A stretch of DNA of 64,000 bases from Amoeboaphelidium protococcarum X5 (taxonomy: Eukaryota > Fungi > Aphelidiomycota), in the NCBI GenBank assembly GCA_023515725.1, contig JALDTO010000155.1:62001-126000 (forward strand), given 5' to 3'. This document shows positions 53,466-64,000 of this stretch, in pieces. The position numbers were made by a program, and so were the translations under genes. The notes beneath the pieces were generated by a model that made no database searches, was not told where the DNA came from, and saw nothing but the letters and a program-made list of their open reading frames with translations. Positions within the stretch are counted from its first letter, which is position 1, and every line of letters starts with the position of its first letter.

Positions 53466-54956
53466 TCATTTCCTGAACCATACATCATCAACCTTCCATT
53501 GGGTTCCATCTTAAGAGTAGAAGGATCCCTTTTAACCATGTAAAACTCCACTCCTAACATCATGCGGCGTATTAATATAATCAGTCACGTCAACTTGATC
53601 AACATCACCCAGTTCTTCTAGATTACTGATGTTAGTGTCACTAATAAAGCCAAGCTGAACAGTATGCAGATTTAGACACTTTCTCATAAAAATTAAAGAT
53701 ACCAGAACACTGTTATGGTCCTTCTTTACTAACTAGAATTTACATTCTGAAATAGATTGCATTTCCAAAGCCAGCATGTATAATGCGTCAAAACCATTAG
53801 CTGCGTGGTATGGCTTCTTAGTAAATGGACTCAGTGTATGATCACCAAACACTTCTTGAATGTCCACCACACCATTGCCATTCAAGTCGGACATTGCAAG
53901 CATTTTATCACCACCCACAGCACCTCCATCCTGATTATTTGGATTCGAGGGATCTTTCGAGATGCCAATGTTTTTCGAAGCAGAAACAACTCCATCCTTA
54001 TTCACATCAAAGACAAGTGGACTATCTCCTTTAGTTCCTCCTTTTCCTCCTTTACGATTTCTTTTAATAATTGGAGGTTTTTTAGAAGGTGGTTTTGGAG
54101 TACCAGAAGGAGGAGGAGGCCTTGGAGAAGGAGGGGGGCTAGCTGTCGGAGGTTCCGAGCCATCAGTTGGTGGAGGAGTTTCAGGTGCTGGCGGTGGCGG
54201 AGGAGGACGCGTTGGTGGACTTGGAGGTTCAGATGGTGGTCTATTACTTGGTGGTCTTTCGCTAGGAGGTGGAGGGCCGGGAGGTGTAGGACTAGGAGGT
54301 CTTTCGCTAGGAGGTGGAGGACCAGGAGTTGGTGTACTATACTTAGAAGATGTCGCAGTGGTTGTTACAGTAGAGGACATTGTAGATGATCTCGATGGTA
54401 TCGCAGTAGTTGTTAAAATAGATGACGTAGTAGAGGATGTCATGGAGCGAGTCTAACTACGACTGGATGTGCAAGATGAGCACTTTTAGGTAGACGATGT
54501 TGAAGTGAAGCGAGAAGTCAAAGGAGACGACGTGCTTTATACTTGGAATCTAGTAGAGGTTTACCGAATGGTGGAGGATGACAAATTTTGACAGGTGGTG
54601 CATGGTGTAGACACAAGTGAGGTTTTACTCTGGGGAGCAGAGATCGCTATGGTTGTACGTGTCACTGACAAAGTAGTGGTGACATGTCCAGTAGTGGCCG
54701 TGGTGAGCGTAGAGCTTGAGCAAGGAGTTGACACGACCACCGGAGGTTTAGTGCGATGGACAGTAGCAGATGAACAGCTTGTAGACAATACTTTCACAGT
54801 CAGAGGAGTCCCACTAATAGTGGTACATGATGTGCTGATAGATGAAACAGATCTCAGGCGGCACTTAATTGGCGCATCATTTTCCAGTTTCTATTCTGCT
54901 TATACCATTGCAGAGTAAAAGCAGAGTAACAAAAGTTTTTTACCCATACGCATCAT
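53466..54956 (-). CDS. Secreted Ser/Thr/Pro-rich protein with C-terminal FrpC self-processing-module-like Ca-binding domain, 496 aa (copy 1)
   Basis: Signal-like MMRMGKKLLLLCFYSAMVQA; S/T then Pro-rich stalk; SPLVFDVNKDG...DLNGNGVVDIQEVFG...NGFDAL...DGTQWKVDDVWF. Confidence 0.75.
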
Positions 54957-55162
54957 TAATAATCAATAAGAATGGCTGCAAATATAATAACCGCTTCAAT
55001 AATATAATACAATAAACAATAAACTTCAATTTGTCTATACAGAAAACATACATCTATTGTGCAGAGCGTTCAAGTATCAAGTTGCATTAGTGTTACAGAG
55101 CTTTCATTTTGTGACACGAATCAGGACACACAAGGGGTCACACAACGTTACGCCAAGAGATT
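53680..55162 (-). repeat. Arm 1 of a large inverted duplication (partner 62399-64000+)
   Basis: The reverse complement matches 62399 onward, including ~200 bp of upstream non-coding DNA. Confidence 0.95.
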
Positions 55163-56212
55163 CAAGAACTTGAGTGGATTCTTATCGTGTATGAAATGTT
55201 TCGCACTACAATTGACGTGATACGAGCATTATAAGTAGCAGCTGTATGTGATAAAAAAGGTGTACAGTACTTTAGTGGCTGGAAAGCGTCCCAATCTCTG
55301 ACGTTTCCCCAAATATTACCATAAAGTAAAACCTCTAAATCTTCATCGTCGAGCCCATATAATTGTTTCAACATGGAATGAATTGTTATACGCGTAAGTG
55401 TTTACTTTAGCTTAAATTGCGTGGGATGAAGTTGAGTTAAGATAGGCTCACTCATTTCGAGGATCAACAACCAGTCTACTGTCGTTCAGTTATTATTAGT
55501 TCTCCGATGCAATCTCCGTACCTTATTCCTGAGTGACAAAACTTTCAACGTTATCTTATGGAAATACTTATGGTCAAGTTCCTGTTATTTAAGATTCTGT
55601 CGAGCTTGTTGTTATGTGAAGTTTTGAGTGGATGCTGCCGCGCGGATTCGGCATGGGATCTACCTTGAATTCGCGTTGGTTTTTTATATAATAAGTTAAC
55701 AGCTTGATTATTGCTACGAAGTGCTAGTTGCTTAAAGTTTAATAAGTGATCGGAATGTTTTCAATTCCAATAAAGTAGATGTCCTGGCCAGTTCAAAAGA
55801 TAAAATATTGATTATTAACCTCACTCAAAAGGCTTATAGTTGATGGAAGAACATCTTAGATCAAATAAATGTAATACTGCAACATGCTTTTAGCAGGAAT
55901 TTATGTGATTTTTGCTGGGAACCATGATCAATAACATGGAGTCCTCCTTGGATGTTTGTAATGTCGAAGAGTAAATGCACCAGATTATGACAAATGCGTC
56001 ACCAGGGTAGGCAGGGGAGCAGGGTTAAGCGCCATAATGCGAAGTTTATTACATCCGCTGTCTACTGATATACTGTAATTAGACGAGGAAATATGAACCA
56101 GCTCAGAAATTTGCTTGACTCTTAACAACATCCATATCTTTATTTTTCTTTATCTAAGACTTCTACATCATAAGCCATTGATAGCTCCATTAAGATATTT
56201 ATCTGATATAGC

Positions 56213-58154
56213 ATGGTCCACAATTTCGTTTGTATCAAAGAGAGATTTAATGACTTTTGGATCGGCGGTGACGGGTTGCGTGAGAGGCTGCATAGATTGC
56301 ACAAAGATTCCATAGTGGTTAGAGTAGTATCGTCTTTGTTCATCAAATATTATTTGGTATCCAGATTGTAATAGTCTGATGCTTATAACTAAATGTTGCA
56401 GATATTCCAACAAGGTGAAGGTGTAGTATAGTTAGATACTCAGTTTCTGCATTTGAGTCAAAATTCGATTGAAACAATGATGCGTCCTTTCAGAGGTAGT
56501 CCTAATGATAATGGCATAGATTATAATACAACTGGTTCGGATTTTCTTGATGTAAATACCAAGTTGAGAGAGTTCGTAAAACGCGTCATTATACCAGCTT
56601 AGCTTGAAATTCCGCATAACGATATGATGGTTTATGTTTTGCGAATCGCATCTGAGTACTTCACACATTTGCACAATCATGTCCAGGCAAATTTTCTCAA
56701 GATTTTATCATGCTTTGTAGGCTACTTGCTGCGCGTGGAGTGCTAGTATGATGCTCTGGACCGAAATAAGCTTGTAAAGGAGATGGTTCGTTTGCTACAA
56801 AAGTATGAGAATGTGGATGTAAGCTGGCAGTTTCTATACCGCTGCGTCCCGGCTGATACTCCATTGGCATAAAAGTAGTAACTGCGATAACGTGTTTTGA
56901 GTATATAGCAGAAGGCTCGTTGGTTGCTAAGTTAAATGTACAATGATTTTGGTGCCTTACGCTGTGTAACAACTGACAACTTTGACTAGTATCTCGTGCT
57001 AGCATACTGCATGTTGCGGCATGTTGAAGACTTGGCGCACTAAAGTGCTTAGACTGTCTCATTGCCTTTTCAACTGCCGCAATTCAATGTCGCACCTCAT
57101 CAAATCAAGCTGACGGACGCAATGTTCAGAAGATGTGATGAGGAACCGGTGTTGCGGAGACGTGGGTGGGCATCCGATGTTTTTAACACTAGAAGCTTCT
57201 AAGGCTAAATCCACCGGTCATATAGTTACTGATATGCACTCGGTCAGTTTTATCATCCGCGCTGGCAATCACAGAGAAGTCATTGGTGAAGGTTAATTGC
57301 AATAGTTTCTCATTGAGGAGAATATTGCCGTTGGTGATAACATGTTGGAGGAGTTTGAGGATGAGAATGGCGTCGAGCTTCCTCGAGAAGGACATTAGCC
57401 AGCATTGTAGCCCAACCGTTGGGACAATCCTGACTTCACTCGCTTGCCTTAAGCCTGGAGGACAAAGTATTCGGCTATTGATCCTGGAATACGGGTGGCA
57501 GTGGCGCTTGCTGGCTTTGAGTATTAGATGGCGGATCAGTCACCATTGGATCAGTTCAATGAGTTGAATCAGCGTAGAGAGCTTTAAGTGCTGAGAGTCC
57601 GCAATCTTGGGTAACATGATGTTGCACTAGCATCACCACCAGTGCTGAGTTTACCGGCCGGTGTAACGAGACGGACGGTTAATTTGGAGCGAATAGCGTA
57701 ATACTGTTAGGCCTATTTGAGTCAAACTCTTGCTGCAGTGGACTTGGTCCTTCAAGGGGAAAGGCGAGAGACACGATTTCGATCTTGGTTGAGGAGACGC
57801 GACTAGTTGCTGGAAGTAGTAAAGTCAGTCTTGGGGGTGCACGTTCTAGAGGAAGCGACAAGAGACAAGTATGTTGTGTTTTTTGGCGCCGTTGCAGAGC
57901 ACGCATTTGCAGGTTTTGGGAGAAGAAGATTGCCACCTCTGGTAGAGTTCAGAAGACTTCTAAACAAGTACGCCATAGTTGCTCTGACTCCTGAGCCATA
58001 CTCCAGTCAGAGGTGCAGTCTATGTTTTTGCATTGGGACGAGATATCCACGTCCTCATGATTAATTTGTCTGTATTGGAAATAAAGATCATCAAAGGAAT
58101 GGCGACACTAATGCCGCAGCCAATATTTTGTACAGTATATTGGACTTCATATGA
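56213..58154 (+). CDS. Fanzor1-type RNA-guided endonuclease (eukaryotic TnpB homolog), ~646 aa, one +1 frameshift between 57111 and 57232
   Basis: RuvC-I SAIDPG (D 57480), RuvC-II TPEPYSSQRCSLC (E 57993), RuvC-III RNGDTNAAANIL (D 58104); Fanzor1-like motifs HNHVQANF, YCMLRHVE, IVTDMHSVSF, RFRSWLRRR, VVFFG. Confidence 0.85.
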
Positions 58155-58448
58155 TGATGATGAATGGATAATTTCCCAGGCATTTTCTCAACATTTGAAA
58201 TTGAATGGCTTTGAATAATACTTACGTCTATGCATATCAAATCGATTTTCGTTTTGAAAGCACCCTTCATATTATGTATAAAATTGATCGAGGTATTGGT
58301 CAACATCGCCAGTTAACGCGTAATATGATCTTTATGCCCTGAGCAACGTGGCGGCGATACTCCACTTTCATTAACAAATCACATAATTCAAAGTCATTCG
58401 TTATTTTATCTTACTCTCTTCATCCAACGTTGAAACATCCCCCTCCAT

Positions 58449-59093
58449 ATGGAAGCTGGCAAAGCTGAACGCAAAAAAAAATAACCCACTGGGCGCGTGA
58501 ATTGGGTGGATTTGATCGCGATTCGATATCTCGCAACGTATCAGATGCCATTCAGCGGAACAAAAGCAAGCGTCGGGTGACAAGAGATTACTACCTGATT
58601 TTTAAAGGCGCGCTGCTTGATCGGGTGGGTGGGTACCTACACCGGGCAATTGGTGGCAGATGACCTCATCTTCTTTTCCTCCAATGTCAAGGATTTTGCT
58701 TCCAAACTGCTTAATGAACATGACTTGGAGAAGTGGGAGGACCTCTTTGTGAATTAGGTGGATCTATTCCGAAGAAAAGACACGGATGTCCAAAGACTAT
58801 CCCTGGAATACACTAATTAATTCGTTGTTCTGACTGCTCTGTAACAAGTTTCGCCTCTTCGTGGTAAGTAATTGGAGAATGCTGCCCGTTGGTGCGCGAA
58901 AGCTGATCCCAAACTGGAAACCTCTTTTAAAAGGGGTAATCAAGAACCATATTTTCATATTATCAAACGTAGATGCGCAAGGAATGGTGACTTGTTCAAT
59001 TAATTATATCAATTTGCATCCGTGTAGTCTTAAATATATATGCTACTTAATATTCGTTTATCTTTTTCAATTTTACGCAGTGATAGTCTGTGA
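58449..59093 (+). pseudogene. Degenerate ORF with possible Myb/SANT-like N-terminus; two in-frame TGA
   Basis: Single frame from ATG 58449 to TGA 59091, broken by TGA at 58578 and 58596. Confidence 0.25.
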
Positions 59094-60174
59094 GCATAGA
59101 CGTACCCAGCGGCACGAAATGAGTACCTTTAAATCTGCATTGTGATTGACGAGCTTTACTGTATGTCGAGTGCTTTGAGCTTTTTTCGACGCCTACAGTA
59201 TGCGTACTGCTTATATTTCGCTGTTGATGCCTAGTGTGTACCTTTGTGTGTAAAATTGCCTATATCGCGACCAACATTGGTGAACTCTCATTAGCGCGTA
59301 TTCATATAATGGCACATGTCTAAATCGTGTACTAATTTGGTGATAAATGCATGATTTGAATTAAACTAAATTAAAGCATTTAAGTTCATCGTTAGACTTG
59401 GGTTTGTTTTTCTCAATACAAAACAAGCGTCTGCGATAATTACGACACTATTTTTTTTATATCTCTAAAGTGTATAAAGGGCTACGATGGTAATTCGGCA
59501 ATTGTATTTGCTGTGACACTAGAGTATGCTGGGCTCAAGACAGGGAGTGAGTGAACAGCCATAAAAGAAGCAACTGCAAAGATGTCGACTCCGAAACAAT
59601 GTTGTACTTTGTCAACTTGCTTAATGGGATATCTGCTCAGCCTTTTTAGATGAATCTGAAGTATAGAGTTTATTTACCTATTATCACTTATAGCAATATT
59701 AAAAAATCTGGTAATACTTGGGTATGATTGTGATTGCGCTGAGGTATGTTGCTTTCAATGTTGTAAATTCTGTTGCGTTTGGAGACATTTGTTACGAACT
59801 GTTGCTGAGTAAGCTACGCACCTTCATAGTGCTTAAGTGATCGAAAGTATTTGAATAGAGATTATAAATCTTTGAATTAGCTAGACTATGAAGATTATGC
59901 TATGACTTAGTAGAACCATTTGCTTTCAAACGGTAGGGCCAATTATGAGATCTGATCATATTGTGAACTTTATTATCGTCATGCCGGTCCGTAAGCTTTT
60001 ACTGTGCAAATTATTTGATACCAGTGGCAAGATTTATGATTACTTTAATGTGGTCAAGTCATTTGCTTTGTGAGCTAAGAAATGTCAGCTGGTAGTAAAT
60101 TGGCTTCAATCGTAACTAACAGTACTACTGTCTACACGCTTGCACGGAAAATTTAGGAGCTGTAATTCTGATTA

Positions 60175-60903
60175 TCATGAATGGATATGCGTCTTACAAG
60201 GAAATCTGATTTTGCCGTGGATCTCTGTAGCAGTCATAAGAGAGTTAGGTGAAATAGCGAACGGCCTGACTGGCATAAAACTTAGATATATGCGAAAGTG
60301 CAATAATGAGTAATGTGTCAAGTTGTAAGAAATAGGCGGTAAAAGAAGAGGAATGAACGTGACATGATGCAAGTTGGATGCACAAAAGAGCTATTTAGAT
60401 TCCAGATCACCAAAGTGGACTGTGCTTGCTGATTTTATAATGATTATCATCATATCCTTTTTACTGCAAGTGCGGCTGATAGAAAATACCATAGTAATCA
60501 GGCGGACAGTCAGTCTTGTGGAATAGCTGCTAATAAAATTTATTAATATCATATTATTATTACATTTCTTACGTTATTGCTTAATTCTTGAAGACTTCCT
60601 GACTGATTCTGCTTCCGCTCTTTGTTCCAGGTTCAAGTTCAGGTTTAAATGCTAGCGATTGACTTGAGCAGATTCAAACAGTTAATATTCTGCCAAACGA
60701 TTGAACACAGCAGTCTCACTTTCCGCGGTAGCGTTAGTAAAAGACCCACTGATAATATCTGTAATTTTCTATGCATCATAAAGCTCCGGATCAATATCCT
60801 AGCTTTCAAAGCAAGCTTTGACCTTATCCACCAGAGCTTCAGATGCCTTTGGAATGGTTTTTGCCTTTCCAACGTTAATCTATCTTTTTCGTTTGGGCGG
60901 CAT
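60175..60903 (-). CDS. Hypothetical protein with basic N-terminus (MPPKRKR)
   Basis: 243-codon table-6 frame; only the first ~115 aa look protein-like. Confidence 0.3.
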
Positions 60904-61633
60904 TGTAAATGACCACTTTAAAGTTAAAAGACGCCTGGAAGTTCATCGGGGACAGTCATAAATCGTAGGGATTACGTGTCACCGTGACTGTGCAAACTGA
61001 TTAGATGCGATGAGGTGATGCAACAGTGGTATGGATTCGTATTTTAAACTCTAGCTCTCTCTCTCTCTTTTGTGTTGTTGAGCATGTCACAGGTGCGAGA
61101 TCAGTGACTCAAGTGTGAGCTGTTGTTGTGCATAAAAGGCTGGTATGGCGTGTTAATCTTCTATTCTTGATTGTGAAATAGCGTTGTAATATAATGAGTT
61201 TCACTAGTAATACACCTCTTTCGGATCTCCCTATGGAGCCTAGCCCTACAAGCATTAACTGGAATCTTTATATGAAATAAAGGAGCTTAGTTATGAATTG
61301 GCGTCTGATGATGACAAGACTGCTGCAGATTTGTGTAAGTACAATACTTTTTCCTATCTCTCCATAATTCATATTATCTATAACTGTGGTAGTCACTTTT
61401 TAAACTCCTCAGTATTCTGGCGCATCCTATATGAGTCCTCTATAGCACGACTTATATGCGGCGCTCTGAGATGGTGTATTATTGGCACAATTTCTCTCTG
61501 GGCTCCTTGATATGCTGACTGCAAAATGCGAGTTAAATGAGCAATCACTCTGATCCAATTCACGGCTGTTGGCCTCCCCACATCTAATAATTGCTCTGCA
61601 TCTCTACTCTGAATGATACTCATGTTATAATAC

Positions 61634-62033
61634 ATTACATTGTCCATAACCGGGGAGGTAGGTACCCCTAATCGATTAATCGGTCGGCAGGTACTACTTT
61701 TCGCTTCACGTAGACGATTGGGAACTCGTCGGAGACACCTTTACCGGTGGCTCTAGCCTTTAGCTCTCTGCACCGGTTACTCGTGCAGATAAGCGCCTAC
61801 TCGTAGTGGCATACCAGATGCTTAGTGCTCACCCTTAAAGACTGCACCCAAGGCCTCTGGATTCGGCTTGGTCACTGCAGGCTTTGTCTAGCGATCAGCT
61901 AGTTGGGGTGAGCCTACGAGGTAAGGGAGTGCTCCAGGATAGGGCGTACGGTGCCGGGTGCGCCCAATATCCAGGTGCATTATAGGCTTTACAATTGTAA
62001 AGCGTTAAAGCAACGTTTAGACTTTAATGTAAT
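61634..62033 (+). ncRNA. Unidentified highly structured RNA-like element (~400 nt)
   Basis: GC-rich island with many nested stems and G-U wobbles favouring the + strand (see findings). Confidence 0.45.
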
Positions 62034-62230
62034 ATGAGGCATCAACCATCTTCTAAGACATCCCGTGAACGCTCTCAAAGATCCGACGCGTCAAGACTTG
62101 ATGACTGCTGTCCCTGAGCTGTTTCATGCGAAATTCTTGTTATAAACACTAGGATAGTACATGCTCTCAACTCGGACAGAGAAGCAGATTTTGCGCAATC
62201 GCCCTACGATTATCCTCGCAGTCTATTGAT
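62034..62230 (+). pseudogene. Diverged 5' fragment of COQ4
   Basis: GTGAACGCTCTCAAAGATCCGACGCGTCAAGACTTG... aligns to the reverse complement of ~52937-53131. Confidence 0.85.
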
Positions 62231-62603
62231 TGCATTTAAACTTTGACAAATCTCAACATTCAAATTTGATTGAGCAAAGTTTTCGATTATGACCATTGTC
62301 ATTAAATCCTATCAATGATCATCTAAGCTTGTATTTACCGTATTTTTACTCTAGTATTAAAATCGTCAAATGTTCCACACATTTCCCAAAACCTTTTAAT
62401 CTCTTGCCGTAACGTTGTGTGACCCCTTGTGTGTCCTGATTGGTGTCACTAAATGAAAGCTCTGTAACACTAATGCAACTTTATACTTGAACGCTCTGCA
62501 CAATAGATGTATGTTATCTGTATAGACAAATTGAAGTTTATTGTTTATTGTATTATATTATTGAAGCGGTTATTATATTTGCAGCCATTCTTATTGATTA
62601 TTA

Positions 62604-64000
62604 ATGATGCGTATGGGTAAAAAACTTTTGTTACTCTGCTTTTACTCTGCAATGGTATAAGCAGAATAGAAACTGGAAAATGATGCGCCAATTAAGTGCC
62701 GCCTGAGATCTGTTTCATCTATCAGCACATCATGTACCACTATTAGTGGGACTCCTCTGACTGTGAAAGTATTGTCTACAAGCTGTTCATCTGCTACTGT
62801 CCATCGCACTAAACCTCCGGTGGTCGTGTCAACTCCTTGCTCAAGCTCTACGCTCACCACGGCCACTACTGGACATGTCACCACTACTTTGTCAGTGACA
62901 CGTACAACCATAGCGATCTCTGCTCCCCAGAGTAAAACCTCACTTGTATCTACACCATGCACCACCTGTCAAAATTTGTCATCCTCCACCACTCGGTAAA
63001 CCTCTACTAGATTCCAAGTATAAAGCACGTCGTCTCCTTTTACTTCTCGCTTCACTTCAACATCGTCTACCTAAAAGTGCTCATCTTGCACATCCAGTCG
63101 TAGTTAGACTCGCTCCATGACATCCTCTACTACGTCATCTATTATAACAACTACTGCGATACCATCGAGATCATCTACAATGTCCTCTACTGTAACAACC
63201 ACTGCGACATCTTCTAAGTATAGTACACCAACTCCTGGTCCTCCACCTCCTAGCGAAAGACCTCCTAGTCCTACACCGCCTGGCCCTCCACCACCAAGCG
63301 AAAGGCCGCCTAGTGAAAGACCTCCTAGCGAAAGACCACCAAGCGAAAGACCTCCTAGCGAAAGACCGCCGAGTGAAAGACCTCCTGGTCCTTCACCTCC
63401 TAGCGAAAGACCACCAAGCAACAGTCCACCAACTGAACCTCCTTCTAGAGACCGCCCACCTAGTCCGCCGACATCGCCCCCTATCAGGCCTCCAAGTCCA
63501 CCGCAACCGCCTGCACCTGAAGCTCCTCCTCCCACAGATGGTTCCGAACCTCCTCTTCCTCCCCCTGGTACCCCTCCTCCTTTTCGTCCTAGTGCTTCAA
63601 AACCTCCTTCGAGTCCAAATCGTCCTAAGCGTCGTGATGCACCGCACCGCAAAGGGAATGGCAGTCCTCTTATATTTGATATAAACCGGGATGGAGTTGT
63701 GTCTGCTTAAAAAAATACCGGTATTTCTAAGGATCCTTTAAACCCTGATAAGCGGGATGGAGGTGCTGTGGATGGTGATAAAATGCTTGCAATGTCCGAC
63801 TTAAATGGCAATAATGTGGTGGACATATAAGAAGTGTTTGGCGACCATACTCTAAGCCCGTTTAGTAAGGAAGCGTACCACGCGGCCAATGGATTTGACG
63901 CGTTATACATGCTTGCTCTGGAGATGCAATCCATCCCATAATGTCAATTCTAGTTAGTAAAGAAGGACCATAACAGTGTTCTGGTATCTTTAATTTTTAT
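62604..64000 (+). CDS. Secreted Ser/Thr/Pro-rich SPM-like protein, copy 2 (runs off the window end)
   Basis: N-terminus near-identical to copy 1; expanded SERPP 15-bp repeats at ~63250-63420; GSPLIFDINRDG, DLNGNNVVDI, NGFDAL. Confidence 0.75.

Noticed and set aside
53805-54456. Gly/Arg-rich plus-strand ORFs (also 63104-63652 minus)
   Set aside because: Antisense shadows of the Pro-rich coding region.
55163-56212. Possible transposase or TIR upstream of the Fanzor
   Set aside because: No DDE, Y1, serine or tyrosine recombinase motif or terminal repeat recognised by eye; only short broken frames.
59400-60170. Possible degenerate membrane-protein gene
   Set aside because: No sustained frame or motif could be supported.
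61700-62025. Assignment of the structured element as group I/II intron, SRP RNA or hammerhead ribozyme
   Set aside because: Diagnostic cores (P7 elements, domain V, SRP helix 8, CUGAUGA...GAAA) not found; the RNase P-like hints are too weak to call.
63250-63420. Regular 15-bp repeats resembling an array
   Set aside because: Coding SERPP repeats without unique spacers; not CRISPR.

Overview
Gene-dense eukaryotic (opisthokont, fungus-like) genomic DNA that uses a non-standard nuclear code in which TAA and TAG encode Gln and only TGA is stop (translation table 6). The supplied ORF track is therefore fragmented: neighbouring pieces join into long, mostly intronless genes. This code plus fungal-type genes (Tea4/Bud14, Yta7, DUF2293) fits the aphelid Amoeboaphelidium protococcarum (inference). 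Housekeeping genes: YTA7/ATAD2, HPM1/METTL18, DPM1, BMS1, an ankyrin/coiled-coil protein, Tea4-like, SIZ1/PIAS, SOAT/ARE, TRS33, COQ4. Accessory content: two tandem receptor-like kinases with beta-propeller and mucin ectodomains and identically truncated kinase domains; a secreted carboxylesterase; a complete Tc1 (DD34E) element; a two-module glycosyltransferase; a Crinkler-like PD-(D/E)xK nuclease gene; a PIF1 helicase relic. At the right end, two inverted copies of a secreted Ser/Thr/Pro-rich protein with a bacterial FrpC-SPM-like domain flank a ~7 kb island. The island holds the best find: a ~650-aa Fanzor1-type (eukaryotic TnpB-like RNA-guided nuclease) gene written in the host code, with intact RuvC D-E-D residues and one frameshift. 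It also holds an unidentified ~400-nt highly base-paired RNA-like element. All translations and folds were done by eye and need computational confirmation.
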